64,000 bases of DNA from Lingula anatina (GCA_051362555.1 CM120641.1:44026401-44090400), one strand, 5' to 3'; counted from the first letter of the stretch, positions 49,103 through 62,599 are shown. Translations and numbers: made by a program. Notes: generated by a model from the sequence alone, not told the origin.

Positions 49103-52100
49103 ATGAATCCAGATTGTAAAGAGGACGAGGAAGAAGGGTTCATTGTCCGTGTACGTGGTTTACCGTGGTCTGCAACTCCCGAGGAGATTGTCAAGTTTTT
49201 CAGTGGTATGTATTTTCATGGGATCTATCATTATTCTGCTGTAGGAATGCTATTTAACTTAATGTAATGTCTGTTGGACATCATATCACTGGACTCGAAA
49301 TCTGATTGCATGATGGACTTTTCATAGATAGCTGCCCAAATTTTAGAGGAAGGTTAGCCTTAATACTTAAGACTATATGTGCAATCATCATGTTTTTTAA
49401 GCAGCTCTGTCAAAGTCTGACATCATAGATTCTATTTTGTTTGATGTGATTGCAGATTGCAATATACCTGATGGAGAGAATGGAGTTCATTTCACATTTT
49501 CTCGAGATGGCAGGCCAAGTGGAGAGGCGTATATCCAGCTATCATCTGAGGAAGACGTAGCCAATGCAGTGGCTAAACACAACCAACACATGGGCAGGAG
49601 GTATATTGAAGGTATGTCTATTTCTCTATTTAATTTTAATGCCGTGAAACATACAATAATATCTCAATCACATGTTTACTCATTTAAAGTGGCTAGTTTT
49701 AGCAAAGTGCACAAGATGAAGTAAGTATATTCCTCTTTTAATTACACAAATTAATTTCACCATGTAATAACAGAAATAATATTGAAGGTATGATGCCACT
49801 GGCCTAGCCAGCAAATTGAACAAGTGCACTGTTAAATGACATATTCGATCTGTGCTTAAGACTGTGACTCAGGGACTGGTAGAGCAATTGAAACTGCTTG
49901 GTCTAAATAAATTTTTATAGATACACAAATGTAGTCTGTAGATAATGGAGGAATAAATTTAAAACAGATGCTTAAATTTCTCTAATCAGTTATTTGATGA
50001 TGTAACTAGTGGAATTTTCAGCAAGTTTTTTTCTAAGAATAAAAGATAGTTATAAAACCCCATAAAATGCAGCGGACGTGGGCTGGACACTGTAAACTTT
50101 TGTTTTAGCCCTTTATTTGATGAAATTATAAACAAAGCAGATTTGTAATTGTTACTTTGATTTGAGAAAGATGAAGAACCACTTTCATTGCAGTGTTCCG
50201 ATCCAAACAGAGTGAGATGGAGTGGGTAGTGAAGAGGGCAGGTCCCAACCAAATGGTAGGAGGAGATGCCGTCATTAGGCTGAGAGGACTACCCTTTGGA
50301 TGCTCAAAGGAAGAAATAGCACATTTTTTCACAGGTGCGAATCATGCCAACCATAAATGATATGATGTTTTTGGTTATGTTTTTGTATTTTTTTTATCAA
50401 ATACATAATTGTTTTTAATATATTTTATTACTGATTTGAGAAGCTGTAATGGGTGAGCAATGAAAATAATTGAGGAGAATCTTTTCCTCATGGCAGATTA
50501 TGTATATGAGGTGAAATCTATTCCTCCTTTTGCTGGTTAATTTCCATTGGTTGTAAGTGTTGAGATGTAAGTAGTAATGAATTATAATAACTTTAAAATA
50601 AGTACTCGTGCAGAAACCATAAATTGTTAGTGAGCAACAGCAAATGCTGTCACATTTAGTCAGTAGTAATAGAAATGGACAAGAAATGAGTCTCATTTGG
50701 AGAATAATTTCTGTTATTTGTTTTATTGATGTCGCTACTACATTGTTTATAAAGCTAGTGTATGTATATATTTATATATATAAATACATGTCCTTTGATT
50801 TGCTAAATGGCACTATTCTATTGGGTCTGGGTTACGCAGGGTTGGAGATAGTACCTAATGGTATAACGCTACCACAAGATGGCCAGGGGAGGACAACGGG
50901 GGATGCTTATGTCCAGTTTGCGTCACCAGATTTAGCAGAGCGGGCCTTAGAAAAACACAAGAAAACAATAGGGCACAGGTGGGAAGGAGGGGGACAGATG
51001 GGTCTCTCCAACGGTCATCATAGCAACAGTAGTTAAAATTGTGTCAAGTATCCCCAGGCCCCAGTAATGAAGTGGGAGGAAGGTGTGGGGAGATGGAGGT
51101 ATCTTATGGTGGGTGATGTTGATTTAGAGGGACACCTGTGCCAGCCAGGGGGATGCCCACCACCACCACCTGGAGAGGGGGTTGCTCTCCCCACAACACA
51201 CCCAGGGAGTTCCTTTTTTTCCACTTCACTTTTCAGCTTTGTTTATTTATTTATTTTTTCAATTTTTTTTTTGTCTGGAAGAAATATGAGTGGGGGTGTC
51301 TGTTTTGATAAATCTTGCAGTCATATTTTTGCTTTTATCAGAAAAAAAACAACTAAGGATTACATCTGCATAACATTTTTTTTTATTTCTTTTATTTTAC
51401 ACATTAGCATCTTGAAAGGCACACAACCTTGAAACTTGCACACTTAGCATTTTGCTGAATTCAAGACATTTGATACAAAGAACCTGATGTTTTCAGCACT
51501 GCAATCACCCGGTAGCTTTTTTTTTTTCTTTGAAAAAAAATTTATTGAAAGCTCATTCGTTAACACATGATTACTTCAGCCATTTTTTTTTTTCTTTTTG
51601 AAAAATGAAGAAAAAAATAAGAATTAAGATGTGGGCTATGAGAAAATGTGATTTGATTGTTTTGCAAATGATCTTTTGGTTGAATGTTTGACTGGAGTTA
51701 TTCAAATAAGACCGACTGTTGACAAAAAGCAGTGAAATTTTGAAGTGCTCAGTGTAATAACATAAAGTCTAGAGAAGCATTTACCGCTTTGTTGGTGACA
51801 CAGAATGATGAATGGAGTGCTTTTGGGAAGAGTGATAACTGTATTAGAGCTTTTTTGGTTGTAAAAAATTGGCTTATGGGATGCACGTGAGGATAAGTAT
51901 CCGGTGTTGATGTTGAGAGAGATTGATATATACGAAAGTTAAATTACATGTCTTTGCTATCAATTGTCAAAGTAGCTTTCCCTGTCTGAAAGACCAAAGA
52001 TAATTCCATTTTTACTCTTTCCAAATAATGTCAATCATTGATTTAATTTTCTGATGTTATTTTGTTTACCCACGAAACTCCAAAATCCAAAGCATACCTC

Positions 52101-54779
52101 AGGGTTGTATTTTTTCAACTTTTCATTTAAAAACGGGGAAATTTATAATATCCAGGGGATATATTCTAGGAAGTGGCCTTAAGTTGCAAGGATATTCAGT
52201 AAGATGTGCAATAATAAAAAAAGCTCTGGTGTCAAGCAATGAATTCATCCATCCGAAAAGTCAATAGTTATCCTCCTTGCTCATAGTTGATTAAATCGGG
52301 TCAAAGAATATGTCCCCAGTAGCTGAGTACAGATTTTATTCCGAATGCCCTTTTTCACCTCCTTCTGTCATGTATGTTTCAGGTACATAGAGATATTTAA
52401 GAGCAGCTTACAGGAAGCCAAAAATGCCATGAACATGATGCAGAGAATGGAGATGATGTCACGGATGGGTGGCGGCGGTGGAGGCCGCATGGGCAGTGGT
52501 ATGGGGAGACCTGGACCATACGACAGGGTGGAACGATTTGGAGGAGGCATGGGAGGCGGCATGGGCGGTGGAATGGGGAGCGGCATGGGTGGAATGGGTT
52601 CCTATGGAAACCGAGGAAGAGGAAGGAACATCAAAGGTATTTCACTATTTATGTTTTCAGTATATGTTGAATTAGTGAATAAAAAGCATTTGACATAGTG
52701 ATCGGACTTGATGAAAGGGTTTAGTTTTGATTACAGAGGTTAAAGTACACTTATATCCTTAAGTTTTATTTTCTCTCTTTGAGAATCTGCATTTAACTTC
52801 TTTAAAAGGAAGTCCTTTACCATTATAATTATGATTATGATAAATGTGCTTATTGACTTATATTCAGTGTCTCTTTTTAAAAATGAAAATGGCATATTTT
52901 GAATTCTTTAAAAGGAACTGAAGCTATACATTTTTGTGGTACTTATTATTATTACTGTTATTACAGGCTTTTTTGACGATGACTATGATGATTACGGCAA
53001 TGGTTTTGGTGGAGGTGGCGGATATGGAGGTGGAAATTTTGGTGGAAATTTCCGCAATAGGCGAGGAGGTGGCATGGGAGGAGGCATGGGAGGCATGAGT
53101 GGGGGGATGAACAGAGGATCCAAAGGTTTTGGTGGAAAAGGAGGAGGTGGCTTTGGTGCAGGGACACCGGGCAGCAACTTCAACAGTCAGACTGGTCACT
53201 CTGTCCACTGCAGAGGCCTGCCATTCCAAGCTACAGAGCAAGATATTCTGGACGTGAGTAGCTGAAAACATTAACAGTCACGTTTGCACCCTTAAAAGTA
53301 TTCTAAATTTCAGTACACTTCCAGGTGTATTTCAGAAAGATGAATTTAGATAAAACTAATAGAAGCCTGGTCTCTGTGCTATTCTCAATTGTCTTTGACT
53401 AAATATCCTATCCACAGCACCTTGAGACATTAACATTATCATTTTCCTGTCATGTCTCTGAAATTTGAGGTGTTAGTGTAAGAAACTGCAATTACTATGC
53501 TGTATGCAACTTTAGCCATTGATCTGAGACAAAAGACTGGTATATTTGGTGTTCGACTTAAAAGGCATAAATTTTTCAAAATAATTTGTCAGATTGGATT
53601 TAAGAAAGTTTTAGTGATTGTTAGGATTAGTTTCTCACTGTCTGCAAATTTTGTTGTTGGACTTATGAATTTTTAATCGAACTCATTGTTTTCAGGGATG
53701 TATTTTTTCTTTCATTATATACTTTTTGAAAGAAGTTATTAAAGGGCGTTTACTTATTTCTTATCTGTGTATACTGTAGGTATAGAATTATTGGTTAATT
53801 TCAGTTTTTCCGCCCATTAAACCCAGTGAATGTGGTCATTCATTTCCAACCCAATGGAAAGGCCACAGGGGAGGCAGATGTGGACTTTGCCACCCATGAA
53901 GAAAGTCAAGAGGCCATGAAAAAGGATAAAACTAACATGCGTAAGCTTTTATTTTCAAGTTATCAGTTTTTTTAATTTATGGATGTAAATGTAATGAATG
54001 TGGTTCATAACTTCATTTTAACCCTAAATATGAAAGTGAAAGATAAAACTAAGAAAATTAGTTACTTTTTAAATAAAATCTGAAGTGATGCAAAGGTAAT
54101 AAATGTGGTACATAAATTCATTGCAATTCCCAAAATGATAATGATTTTTAAAAAACTTGATCATAAGCAGTGTCTAGGTCTTTAATGCTTCAGTCAGACT
54201 AGCAGGTCTGATGTGCTTTAAACTTAAATATTTCAGAGCATCGGTACATAGAGCTCTTCCTGAACTCCACGCCCCAGGGTCGCCAAGGAGGGGGTGGCGG
54301 AGGGGGAAACATGGGAATGAGTAATATGGGCAACAACATGGGGATGAACAATATGGGAGGAGGCTTTGGAGATGGAGGTAGGAGAGATTAACTCTTTCTG
54401 GTTATGAAATCTGAAAAAAATTTGGAAATACCATGTTTATGTGTGTTTTTAATGTAAAATGTGTTTTGATTGAAATTAGATGGTACTTTATGTAGATAAG
54501 TGTGGCATTCAACACGGAAGTGTGCATAATACGATGATTTGTTTTTGTAAAATCTCCAATTCTGCCTTTGAAATATATTTCGTGAATGTATATTTCATTT
54601 TATGTAATAATTAATTTATTTATAACTTAATTAATTTATTATTTTGTTTACTTTTATTTCAAGGTATGAGCAGCTACAGTACCAGTATGGGCAGTGGCCT
54701 AGGTGGCATGAACAACATGGGCAGCAGTATGGGCATGGGGAACAGTATGATGGGGAATCCCAACTATACAGCTTTTTAA
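49103..54779 (+). CDS. HNRNPH: Heterogeneous nuclear ribonucleoprotein H/F family (three qRRMs plus Gly-rich regions; glorund-like), ~490 aa; exons 49103-49205, 49456-49611, 50194-50334, 50840-50978, 52383-52636, 52967-53253, 53805-53940, 54237-54377, 54664-54779
   Basis: qRRM1 [29 protein letters not shown]; qRRM2 [19 protein letters not shown]|[23 protein letters not shown]; GRPGPYDR (PY-NLS-like); qRRM3 [41 protein letters not shown]. Exons sum to 1473 nt. Confidence 0.96.
50820..51210 (+). promoter_or_regulatory. G-run cluster flanking the 139-nt hnRNP H/F exon (candidate autoregulatory splicing element)
   Basis: GGG runs inside the 3' splice site (TTGGGTCTGGGTTACGCAG) and about ten GGG-GGGGG runs in the first ~230 nt of the next intron, in otherwise AT-rich introns. 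Confidence 0.7.
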
Positions 54780-56484
54780 GAACATGGCTGCCCCAAGCGG
54801 GCTGGTTGTACATGTGCCCACATAAACTGAGAAAGGAGCTTCTCAAAGACAATATAAACTTCATATGAGGCATTCTCAGAGCCGGGAGGATATGGCGATT
54901 ATTTCAACATTTGATGGGGATTGCGATGGATGCCCAAATAAAAAGAACGTTTCTTTCCCTGTTGTAGCATTTATAAAATCGTTTTGTCATATTCTTTTCT
55001 TTTTTTTTCTTTTTCTGTTTTTTTATTATATGACATACATTTTGTACTTTCTCATAAGTAATATATAGAATTTTTTTATAGGAGAAAGGAACATCATACA
55101 CTTGTGGCTATCAGAGAAGTATAAAGGGTGACAAAGGTCTTGTAAGAGCTTCAAGATTATCCAAAAACGTCACATTTCTCTATTATTTAGCAGTATCAGT
55201 TGTGTTGGGACAGTCTTTATTGCACTTAAAAGCAATGTCTGTCTAAATGAAGTTATATAGAAAAGTATATTTTATTGTGGACGTTGTAAAATTTCATCCC
55301 AATATGCCTTTGTAATAAAATCAAATGTTTTAGCTTTTAGTTACTTGCTCGTGTTCTTTTAAGATGTTGGCTATACTTTGAATATTGGATAGGTTAAAAA
55401 TCGCGAATTACAGGCTAGTGTTTCTCAGAACGGGAACATAACGAGTTTGTTTTAGGATTATCCGATTTTAAGGGCCCTTGATTTAACTCGGTCACAAAGT
55501 AATTTGTTCAAAGTCACCATAATTATATTGTAATTCTTGCCTGCCATATGGCACGGATCGCAAGCCATATGTGTTAGCACTTTAATTAAAGGTACAGGGG
55601 ACGGATGTCATTTATTTACCATCAATTACAGTAAATAATTGTTTTTGTGACTATTTTGATTCAAGAAAAACGAGGTTTGTAAATGGCCATCGTTGCTCGG
55701 TATAAATGTTCCAAGAAATGGTATGGTCAAAAATTTAAAAACGCTACTTAAAAACTCCAAAATTATTATTACGCAGAGTCACATACTTAAGAGGTACCAC
55801 AACTATAGTTGGGAGACTCGAGAATACACCATGATAGAGAATTAATTCAGTTTTGATTTTGAGTAAAGATCGAATGAGATTGAGAAGAGACATTACGAAA
55901 AGGGTTCAAAACTTTTTTACGGTGCATTTTGTGCCATTTATTCGCCCCCTATGTCCTTCGCTTTTGAGCGTGTGGAAACGACATACGCTGCTACAATAAA
56001 TTAAGTTATGAGGGTGTATTTCTCCTAAAACCTATTGAAGTGAGTACATGAGCGTGTCTCGGTTCAAGTATTCGTTAATAGCACGGGCTTCATTAAGGCA
56101 GATGGAATGGTAAACACTGGTTTACAAAAAAAAAAAAAAATAATAATAATAATAATAAAATTTAAAAAAATAATAATAATAACTGAAGAAGTAAAAAAAT
56201 TGCTTAGATAACGAAACACAGCAGCACAAAAAACTCATAAAGGATCTAAAAATAAAATCTAACAGAACACAAAATGCGTCCTGAAATAATAAATAGATAA
56301 ATTAATAAAATAAATAGAAAATTTATTCAACGTCGTTCATTTTTCACTGAGAATTAAGAAATTATAAGACAGAATTATTCTAGACTAAAAGGTCCGCAAA
56401 CCTCATATTTACCAAGAATGCCCTTATATTAATCAATATGGTTCACGGAATGCGTAGTTTTTGTCACACAGAAACTGATCCAGC

Positions 56485-57061
56485 ATGGGAACTTTGAGAA
56501 GACTTGTTTCTCTCATATTACTGTCGTTGCTTATAAACGCATGTGCTAACGAAGGTGAGGTTTATTTTATTATTTTTTTCTTGTATTTTAAACGAGTTCT
56601 AACCAACTTTTAAGTCTTCGTTTTTATTTAATGTCTATGGTATTCCCCATGAAATGATTTTAAAAACAATTTTTACAAAAATTAAAAATATACTGCAAGC
56701 ATTTCTCAACCAAAATACCTCTTAAATTCATGTGCAATGGCAATCATTTTTAGCGATACAACTATGTTATTGTACATTTTCGAACAAAATAAAAACGACC
56801 TGTAGACTTGTTCAGCTGCGCCGCAGGTTTGAATTTTAAATAAATATTGTTATTTTGAGCGTGTAGTGGACTCTTTTGTTTTCATCCATGACACATTTTA
56901 GGGAATTGTATATGTTTTTTGGTTCCAGAGTTCTGTGACGGCCGCTGCGGTGCATCACTAGACCGTGCCCGCTCCTGTCAGTGTAACAGTGCCTGTCTGA
57001 GATACGGTGACTGCTGCGAAGATTATGTGGACTGCTGCCTGGGTGGGTGCAATTGAACCGG

Positions 57062-57100
<39 letters not shown>

Positions 57101-59857
57101 GGAGGGGGTGGGGGAGTTTCGGGTAGCACAACTTCCATACGGTGCAATGGGAGAGGTGAACGCATTAACACGTTTGGTTAAACTAAGACTATTTTTTCTT
57201 TTAAATTAAATGACCATATAAAGTGGTAATTTTGTCTGCTGAACACATAAAAGAATGCCATTTCGTCTTCTCCTGTTAATGGCGGGACCACTTTTATCTA
57301 AAATTGCAATTGAATAGGCCTACAATGATTTGACTGAATATGTAAACAAGGTCAAATTTACATTGGGAAAAGGGGAAAAACTGACGAAAGTCATATCGTG
57401 TAGTATATTTAGCGCCCATAATATACTTCTTTGCTTGAAATGTAGTCTATAAATTGGTTCCCTTCAGATGGGAATTGCAGTCCTCAAACTGGGACCGACC
57501 CCCCGCCGGTTTCTGGCCCTGTCCCAATCACAGATGACGAGCTGTCACAACTTGCCGAGGAACTGTATGACGTAGACACCAACAAAGCTGCTCCAAGTGA
57601 CGTCATTGTGGAGGAAGACGGAGCACGGTAATTTCACACACACACACACACACACACACTTGTAAACTACTCTGTCTCTCCCCCCCTTACCCCACTCTTT
57701 CCTCTTCTCCCTGTTATTTCTTTAGACGCAGGTGCGAAAAAAGAACGAACGAGCTACAAAAACATTGCCATCTCTTTTTGACACAGGTTGTTCAACTATG
57801 TGAACGAGGCGTCGCTACTGCAGAGCCCATCTTACTCGCTGTTCCTTTCCCTTCTTGACAACTACAACCCGTATACTGGTCAGTCAGAGACTCTTAGCGG
57901 TGACGAGCTGGCCGAGATTGGCCAGTATCTGGATTATATTTTGACCACGCCCGTTATGGTGGCACTGAAAACTTTCCTGAAGCAAAAAGGTAAATACATA
58001 CACATATTTAGCGACAAAATATCAACGACCATTCTACATTACAATCCCTGTAAAGCGTACGATACAAACTTCGCTTTTTACATAAACAATCACAGAACAA
58101 GTCTTTTCAAAATTGCAAATGTGAAAATAATACAGAAAAAGCATCTGAACAGATCTCTAGAACGACTTCTATTGGATAACCGAAAATTTCGACTAAAAAA
58201 TCCTCTATTTAAGAACAAGTTTACTTATTTCTAAGGATACACTAGTTCCGATTCTGCGTTCCGTGGTCTTCTCGATGACCTGTGGTTCCAGCTATACCCG
58301 CGGTCATCCTCCGGCCCCGTGGACAGTAGCGGCTTCGAGCACGTGATGGTCGGGGAGTTAAAGCCCTCGTCGGTCACCGGGTTTCACAACTGGTTCCAGT
58401 TTTATCAGTTGGAGAAAGCGGGAAGCTTAACGTACAGTGGATTCCGTTCGTCAGTGGAAACAACGGTAGGGTACTAAGCAGTACGGATCCTTGTTCTTGT
58501 GTTGAAGGCCAGAAATTTCCACATTTCCGACAATTTCTGTTCAATCGTAATGTTAAGCCCCATTCAAAATAGGGAACTAACTTGTCCGAGGGTCAAATAT
58601 GGCGACTCACTACAAAGCTTATTGTCTAATCCGCTAATAGACACTGTGTAGATATCCTGTGGGGGAGTATTCAAGTGGGTCGGCCATATTTGACCCTAGG
58701 ACTAGTTAGTCCCCTATTCTGAATATTAATGGAGCCTTAGTTAGTTTACTACTGTACAAGAGGGCTTATTGTGTTCATAAAGGGCTAATTGTATATGTCT
58801 CGTGTTTTCGGACTGCTACCATACAAGAATATACCATGTGAATGAAACGATTTCAGTTGAAACGGGCAGATAACGAAACCTAGGGTGTGGTTATATTAAC
58901 ATTTACTACTCTTCTCCACTGCACAACTTTTGATAGTGTATAATGTGATATTTACAAACAAGAGAGATAGATGGATCACTGAGTGAACGAAAAAAGCATG
59001 AATAACAAATAACCGGGTATAACACATCTGTTTGATTTCATTTTCCAGCCCCGAGTTCTCAATGTCCGCCTGATGTGGTCCGGGAAGAGCAAGCCCCAGG
59101 CCAGTTTCTTTCTAGGGACCTCTCCTGAGTACGACATGGCTGTATACACTGTGTGCGCGCTGGCCCGGACTAACAGCCGCTGTCCTATCATACTAGCCGT
59201 AAGTGGACCTAATGGACAACAGATTTTCACGAATCCCAGTGTATTAATTACTCAGTTATTTTTATGAAGCTCAATTTGATTCTTTTGTCATTTCAATTGA
59301 AGTTATTTTTATTTTATTTTCATTTACTTTTTTTTATAAAACAGCGGTTAGGGATGCGATATAAGCTCTTTTCCACTGTTGGTCTCAGAGCGCTGAAGTT
59401 AGTGTCTAGTTTCTAGTTTCCAGTTTCGTTTTTCAAAAACGAACCTGGCAACCAGAAACTAGTGTCGTTTTTCAAAAACGATTCTTGCAACCAGAAACTA
59501 GTGTCGTTTTTCAAAAACGATTCTGGCATCCAGAAACTAGTGTGGTTTTTCGAAAAACGATTCTGGCATCCAGAAACTAGTGTCGTTTTTCAAAACAGGG
59601 GTGGGCAGAGGGAGAGGCACTAGTTTCTTGAAAAACGAAACTGGAAACTAGAAACTAGACACTAACTTCATCGCTCTGTTGGTCTCAGCAATTTAAAAAT
59701 AACGGCAAGTCATACCATGTATTGTCGGCACCTACGTGTTATATACAGTTATCTTATTATTTTTTTTTTATTTCAGGGGAAGTCTGTACCCATCCAAACC
59801 TATGACGTTGGACACAAATCAGGCCTCCAGATTGCCACCTCCTACCCCGCTATATAA
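56485..59857 (+). CDS. ENDOU: Secreted uridylate-specific endoribonuclease (EndoU/XendoU/PP11) with one somatomedin-B domain, ~335 aa; exons 56485-56554, 56929-57042, 57468-57627, 57787-57989, 58236-58465, 59049-59198, 59777-59857
   Basis: Signal peptide MGTLRRLVSLILLSLLINACANE; SMB CDGRCG..SCQCNSACLRYGDCCEDY; catalytic motifs DSSGFEHVMVGE, GFHNWFQFY, KP..SFFLGTSPEYDMAVYTVC; C-terminal IATSYP. Exons sum to 1008 nt. Confidence 0.93.
58554..58739. mobile_element. Degenerate fold-back MITE in EndoU intron 5
   Basis: Left arm ATTCAAAATAGGGAACTAACTTGTCCGAGGGTCAAATATGGCGACTCACT matches the reverse complement of the right arm, ATTCAGAATAGGGGACTAACTAGTCCTAGGGTCAAATATGGCCGACCCACT. Confidence 0.7.
59386..59678. 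mobile_element. Young MITE with ~50-bp TIRs, internal ~40-bp tandem repeats and a target-site duplication, in EndoU intron 6
   Basis: CAGAGCG(C/A)TGAAGTTAGTGTCTAGTTTCTAGTTTCCAGTTTCGTTTTTC at both ends with one mismatch. TTGGTCT is directly repeated on both flanks. Four CCAGAAACTAGTGT units lie inside. Confidence 0.88.
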
Positions 59858-61220
59858 TAGAATCGTGAAGATTTGTCGATTTTTGGTCCGTTTGATTTCG
59901 TTAGACTGTATCTAAATCAGTAAATCAGAAATATTATTAATCGCCTTCACTGTGAAAGATTTCAATCTTTATTTTAGACTTTTATCTGTCTTAAAACACA
60001 ACAACACAACACCAAAAATTAAACACCATTCAAATTTCAGTACATAGTTAAAAGTTATATTTATAATATGTAAACTGATTCGTGGTCAATAACAATCACA
60101 AATATTGAAATCTAACTGAATTATAGCACCATAAATGTTATGGCAATTCCAGTGTTCACTTGTATCTAGTTGCAATCTTCACGCGTACATTTTATGAAAC
60201 AAACTACGCCCAAGTAGGCCTAAATTTGGTTCCTGCAGACATTTGCTGTTATTAACAAATTTGGCACAAACTTTGAATTTTGCAGGTTTTGGAGTACCTT
60301 ACAGGAAATCATTTTACTTTTTACTTTTCTAAATCATGAAGCAATGGCACTAGATAGAAGATACTACACCTCTCTACACTGTTCATGATCAGTATTGAGT
60401 AGAACGTGAAATCAGAGAGAGGTCAATGACTTGTCAAATTTAGACATCCAGACTTTCAATCGTACACCTCATCCTTCAAAAGACTGGTATATTTAGTGTT
60501 CGACTTGCGAAAAGAGTAAATTTTAGTACATCTTCTTGGATTTGAGAATCAAAATGGCTATCAGTTGACTCCAAAGCACCAAGTATGTGTTTTTTATCCT
60601 CAATTAAGCCATTTTGGTCTCTTACAATTGTTTCAAGGTCTTTCAGATGTTATGAAACATATTGTACTAATTAGACTACTTGACGCATGCAAGTCTTTGT
60701 GACAACTGTAGCCTACATGTATATTGATTTTGGAGGCTTAAAATACTTTGCACTCATATTTTACGAAACAGATGATATCAAAATGTATTCTGCTCTAGAA
60801 AATAATATAAACGGCGTATTGCTCATGTTAAAACAAAGATGTAATAATAGTTTCAAAATAGCGAATTATGCCCAATTTCAGAATGTTATCTGGCGGCCAT
60901 CTTGGATTTTAGGGATAAAATGGCCACCGATGGCCTCCATAATGGTAAAAATGAGTATTTTGCTCATAATTTAGTCCAATATCGATGGTACATAACGAAA
61001 AATTGCATTTAGTTATACTTGAATACGGGTTATCAATAGCCATGGTTTTGCAGCGTTCACACACATATATCTTGGAAGTCACCTAAAACACCCTCTCACC
61101 CTCTTTGTCCCTTCAAATCACCTTCTATCACCAAAACAAGATCAAAATGACTTTTGCACACCCAAAATAGTAGGAATCGATATATATCATGTATATGTAG
61201 GTCAAACGCTTCAAACAAGC

Positions 61221-61556
61221 CTTTTTTATAGCTTGGAGGATAAATTAAAGCAGAAAACTAAAAATCATTTTCACAAACTCTTAATAAAAAAATTATATAT
61301 TTTTCTTTTAAGCCTAAAAATTGTAAGTAACTGATCAATAATAATAAGAAGAAGAATAACAGCAAAGAATAACAGCAACAATAATAAATGTAATGTTTTC
61401 ACAGCATTATTTAAAAATATAAATCTGTTCATTCAGTCCTTTTTTATAGCTTGGAGGATAAATTAAAGCAGAAAACTAAAAATCATTTTGACAAACTCTT
61501 AATAAAAAAAATTATATATTTTTCTTTTAAGCCTAAAAATTGTAAGTAACTGATCG
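61221..61556. repeat. Direct duplication of ~115 bp (61221-61336 and 61439-61556)
   Basis: CTTTTTTATAGCTTGGAGGATAAATTAAAGCAGAAAAC...GTAAGTAACTGATC occurs twice, ~100 bp apart. Confidence 0.85.
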
Positions 61557-62005
61557 ATATATAAGCACATGTGCTTCTCAGTTGTGAACAGAAACACTTT
61601 AATTAACTATTGGGTTGTTTATTGCAGTTATGTTACGCATAAAATGATGTGGTTGGGCCAACGTTGGGCCAACGTATTACTGCCAACACCAACTACGTGC
61701 CAACAAACCAACCATTCCCCTACGTTGGCCCAACGTATGCATGCAATCTGGGTAGTGGTTAGAAAAACATTCACTTAAATGCGTCCCGGAATAATAAATT
61801 ATATAATAAATAAATTAATTAATAAAATGAATAGAAAATTTAATTATTCAACGCCATTCATTTTTCATTGAGGATTAAGAAATTATAAGATAGAATTATT
61901 CCAGTCTGAAAGACCCGCAAACCTCATATTTACCAAGAATGCCCTTATATTAATTAATATTGTTCACGGGATGCGTAGTTATTGACACACAGAAACCGAT
62001 CCAGC

Positions 62006-62580
62006 ATGGGACCTTTGAGAAGACTTGTTTCTCTCATATTACTGTCGTTGCTTATAAACGCAAGTGCTAACGAAGGTGAGGTTTATTAATTAACGGTGAC
62101 TTTTTTATACGATTGTGCTAACCAATGTAAATGCTTTTTAGTCTTCGTTTTTATTTAATGTCTATGGTATTCACGATGACATGATTTTAAAAACAATATT
62201 TACAAAAATTAAAAATATACTGCAAGTATCTCTCAACAAAAACACCTCTTAAATTCACGTGCAATGGCAATTATTTTAGCGATACAACTATGTTATTGTT
62301 CATTTGCAAAAAATAAACCTTGCATAAAATCAACGACCTGTAGACTTGTTCAGCTGCGCCGCAGGTTTGAATTATAAATAAACATTGTTCTTTTGAGACT
62401 GCAGTGGACTCTCTTGTTTCCATCCATGATATATTTTAGGGAATTGTTTAAGTTTGTTGGTTCCAGAGCTCTGTGACGGCCGCTGCGGTGCTTTACTAGA
62501 CCGTGCCCGCTCCTGTCAGTGTAACAGTGCCTGTCAGAGATACGGTGACTGCTGCGAAGATTATGAGGACTGCTGCCTGG
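62006..62580 (+). CDS. ENDOU: Second SMB-EndoU copy, partial: signal exon 62006-62075 and SMB exon 62467-62580; the rest is outside the window or lost
   Basis: 61777-62802 closely duplicates 56272-57262, including promoter, introns and the (TG)n tract. Both exons are open with intact splice sites. No homologue of exon 3 is seen before 64000. Confidence 0.7.
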
Positions 62581-62599
62581 GTGGGTGCAATTGAACCGG

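Noticed and set aside
49300-52000. Possible intronic box C/D snoRNAs in the hnRNP H/F gene (ATGATGA at ~51805, ATGATGG..CTGA at ~49310-49420)
   Set aside because: Box spacing and terminal stems are unconvincing and I recognise no rRNA-complementary guide; an Infernal/snoscan run would decide.
60140-61760. Repeat-like DNA between the EndoU copies (GGCGGCCATCTTGG motif, CCAACGTTGG units ending CTGGGTA, short match to 53533-53560)
   Set aside because: Probably fragments of old non-autonomous transposons, but no paired termini or TSD could be defined.
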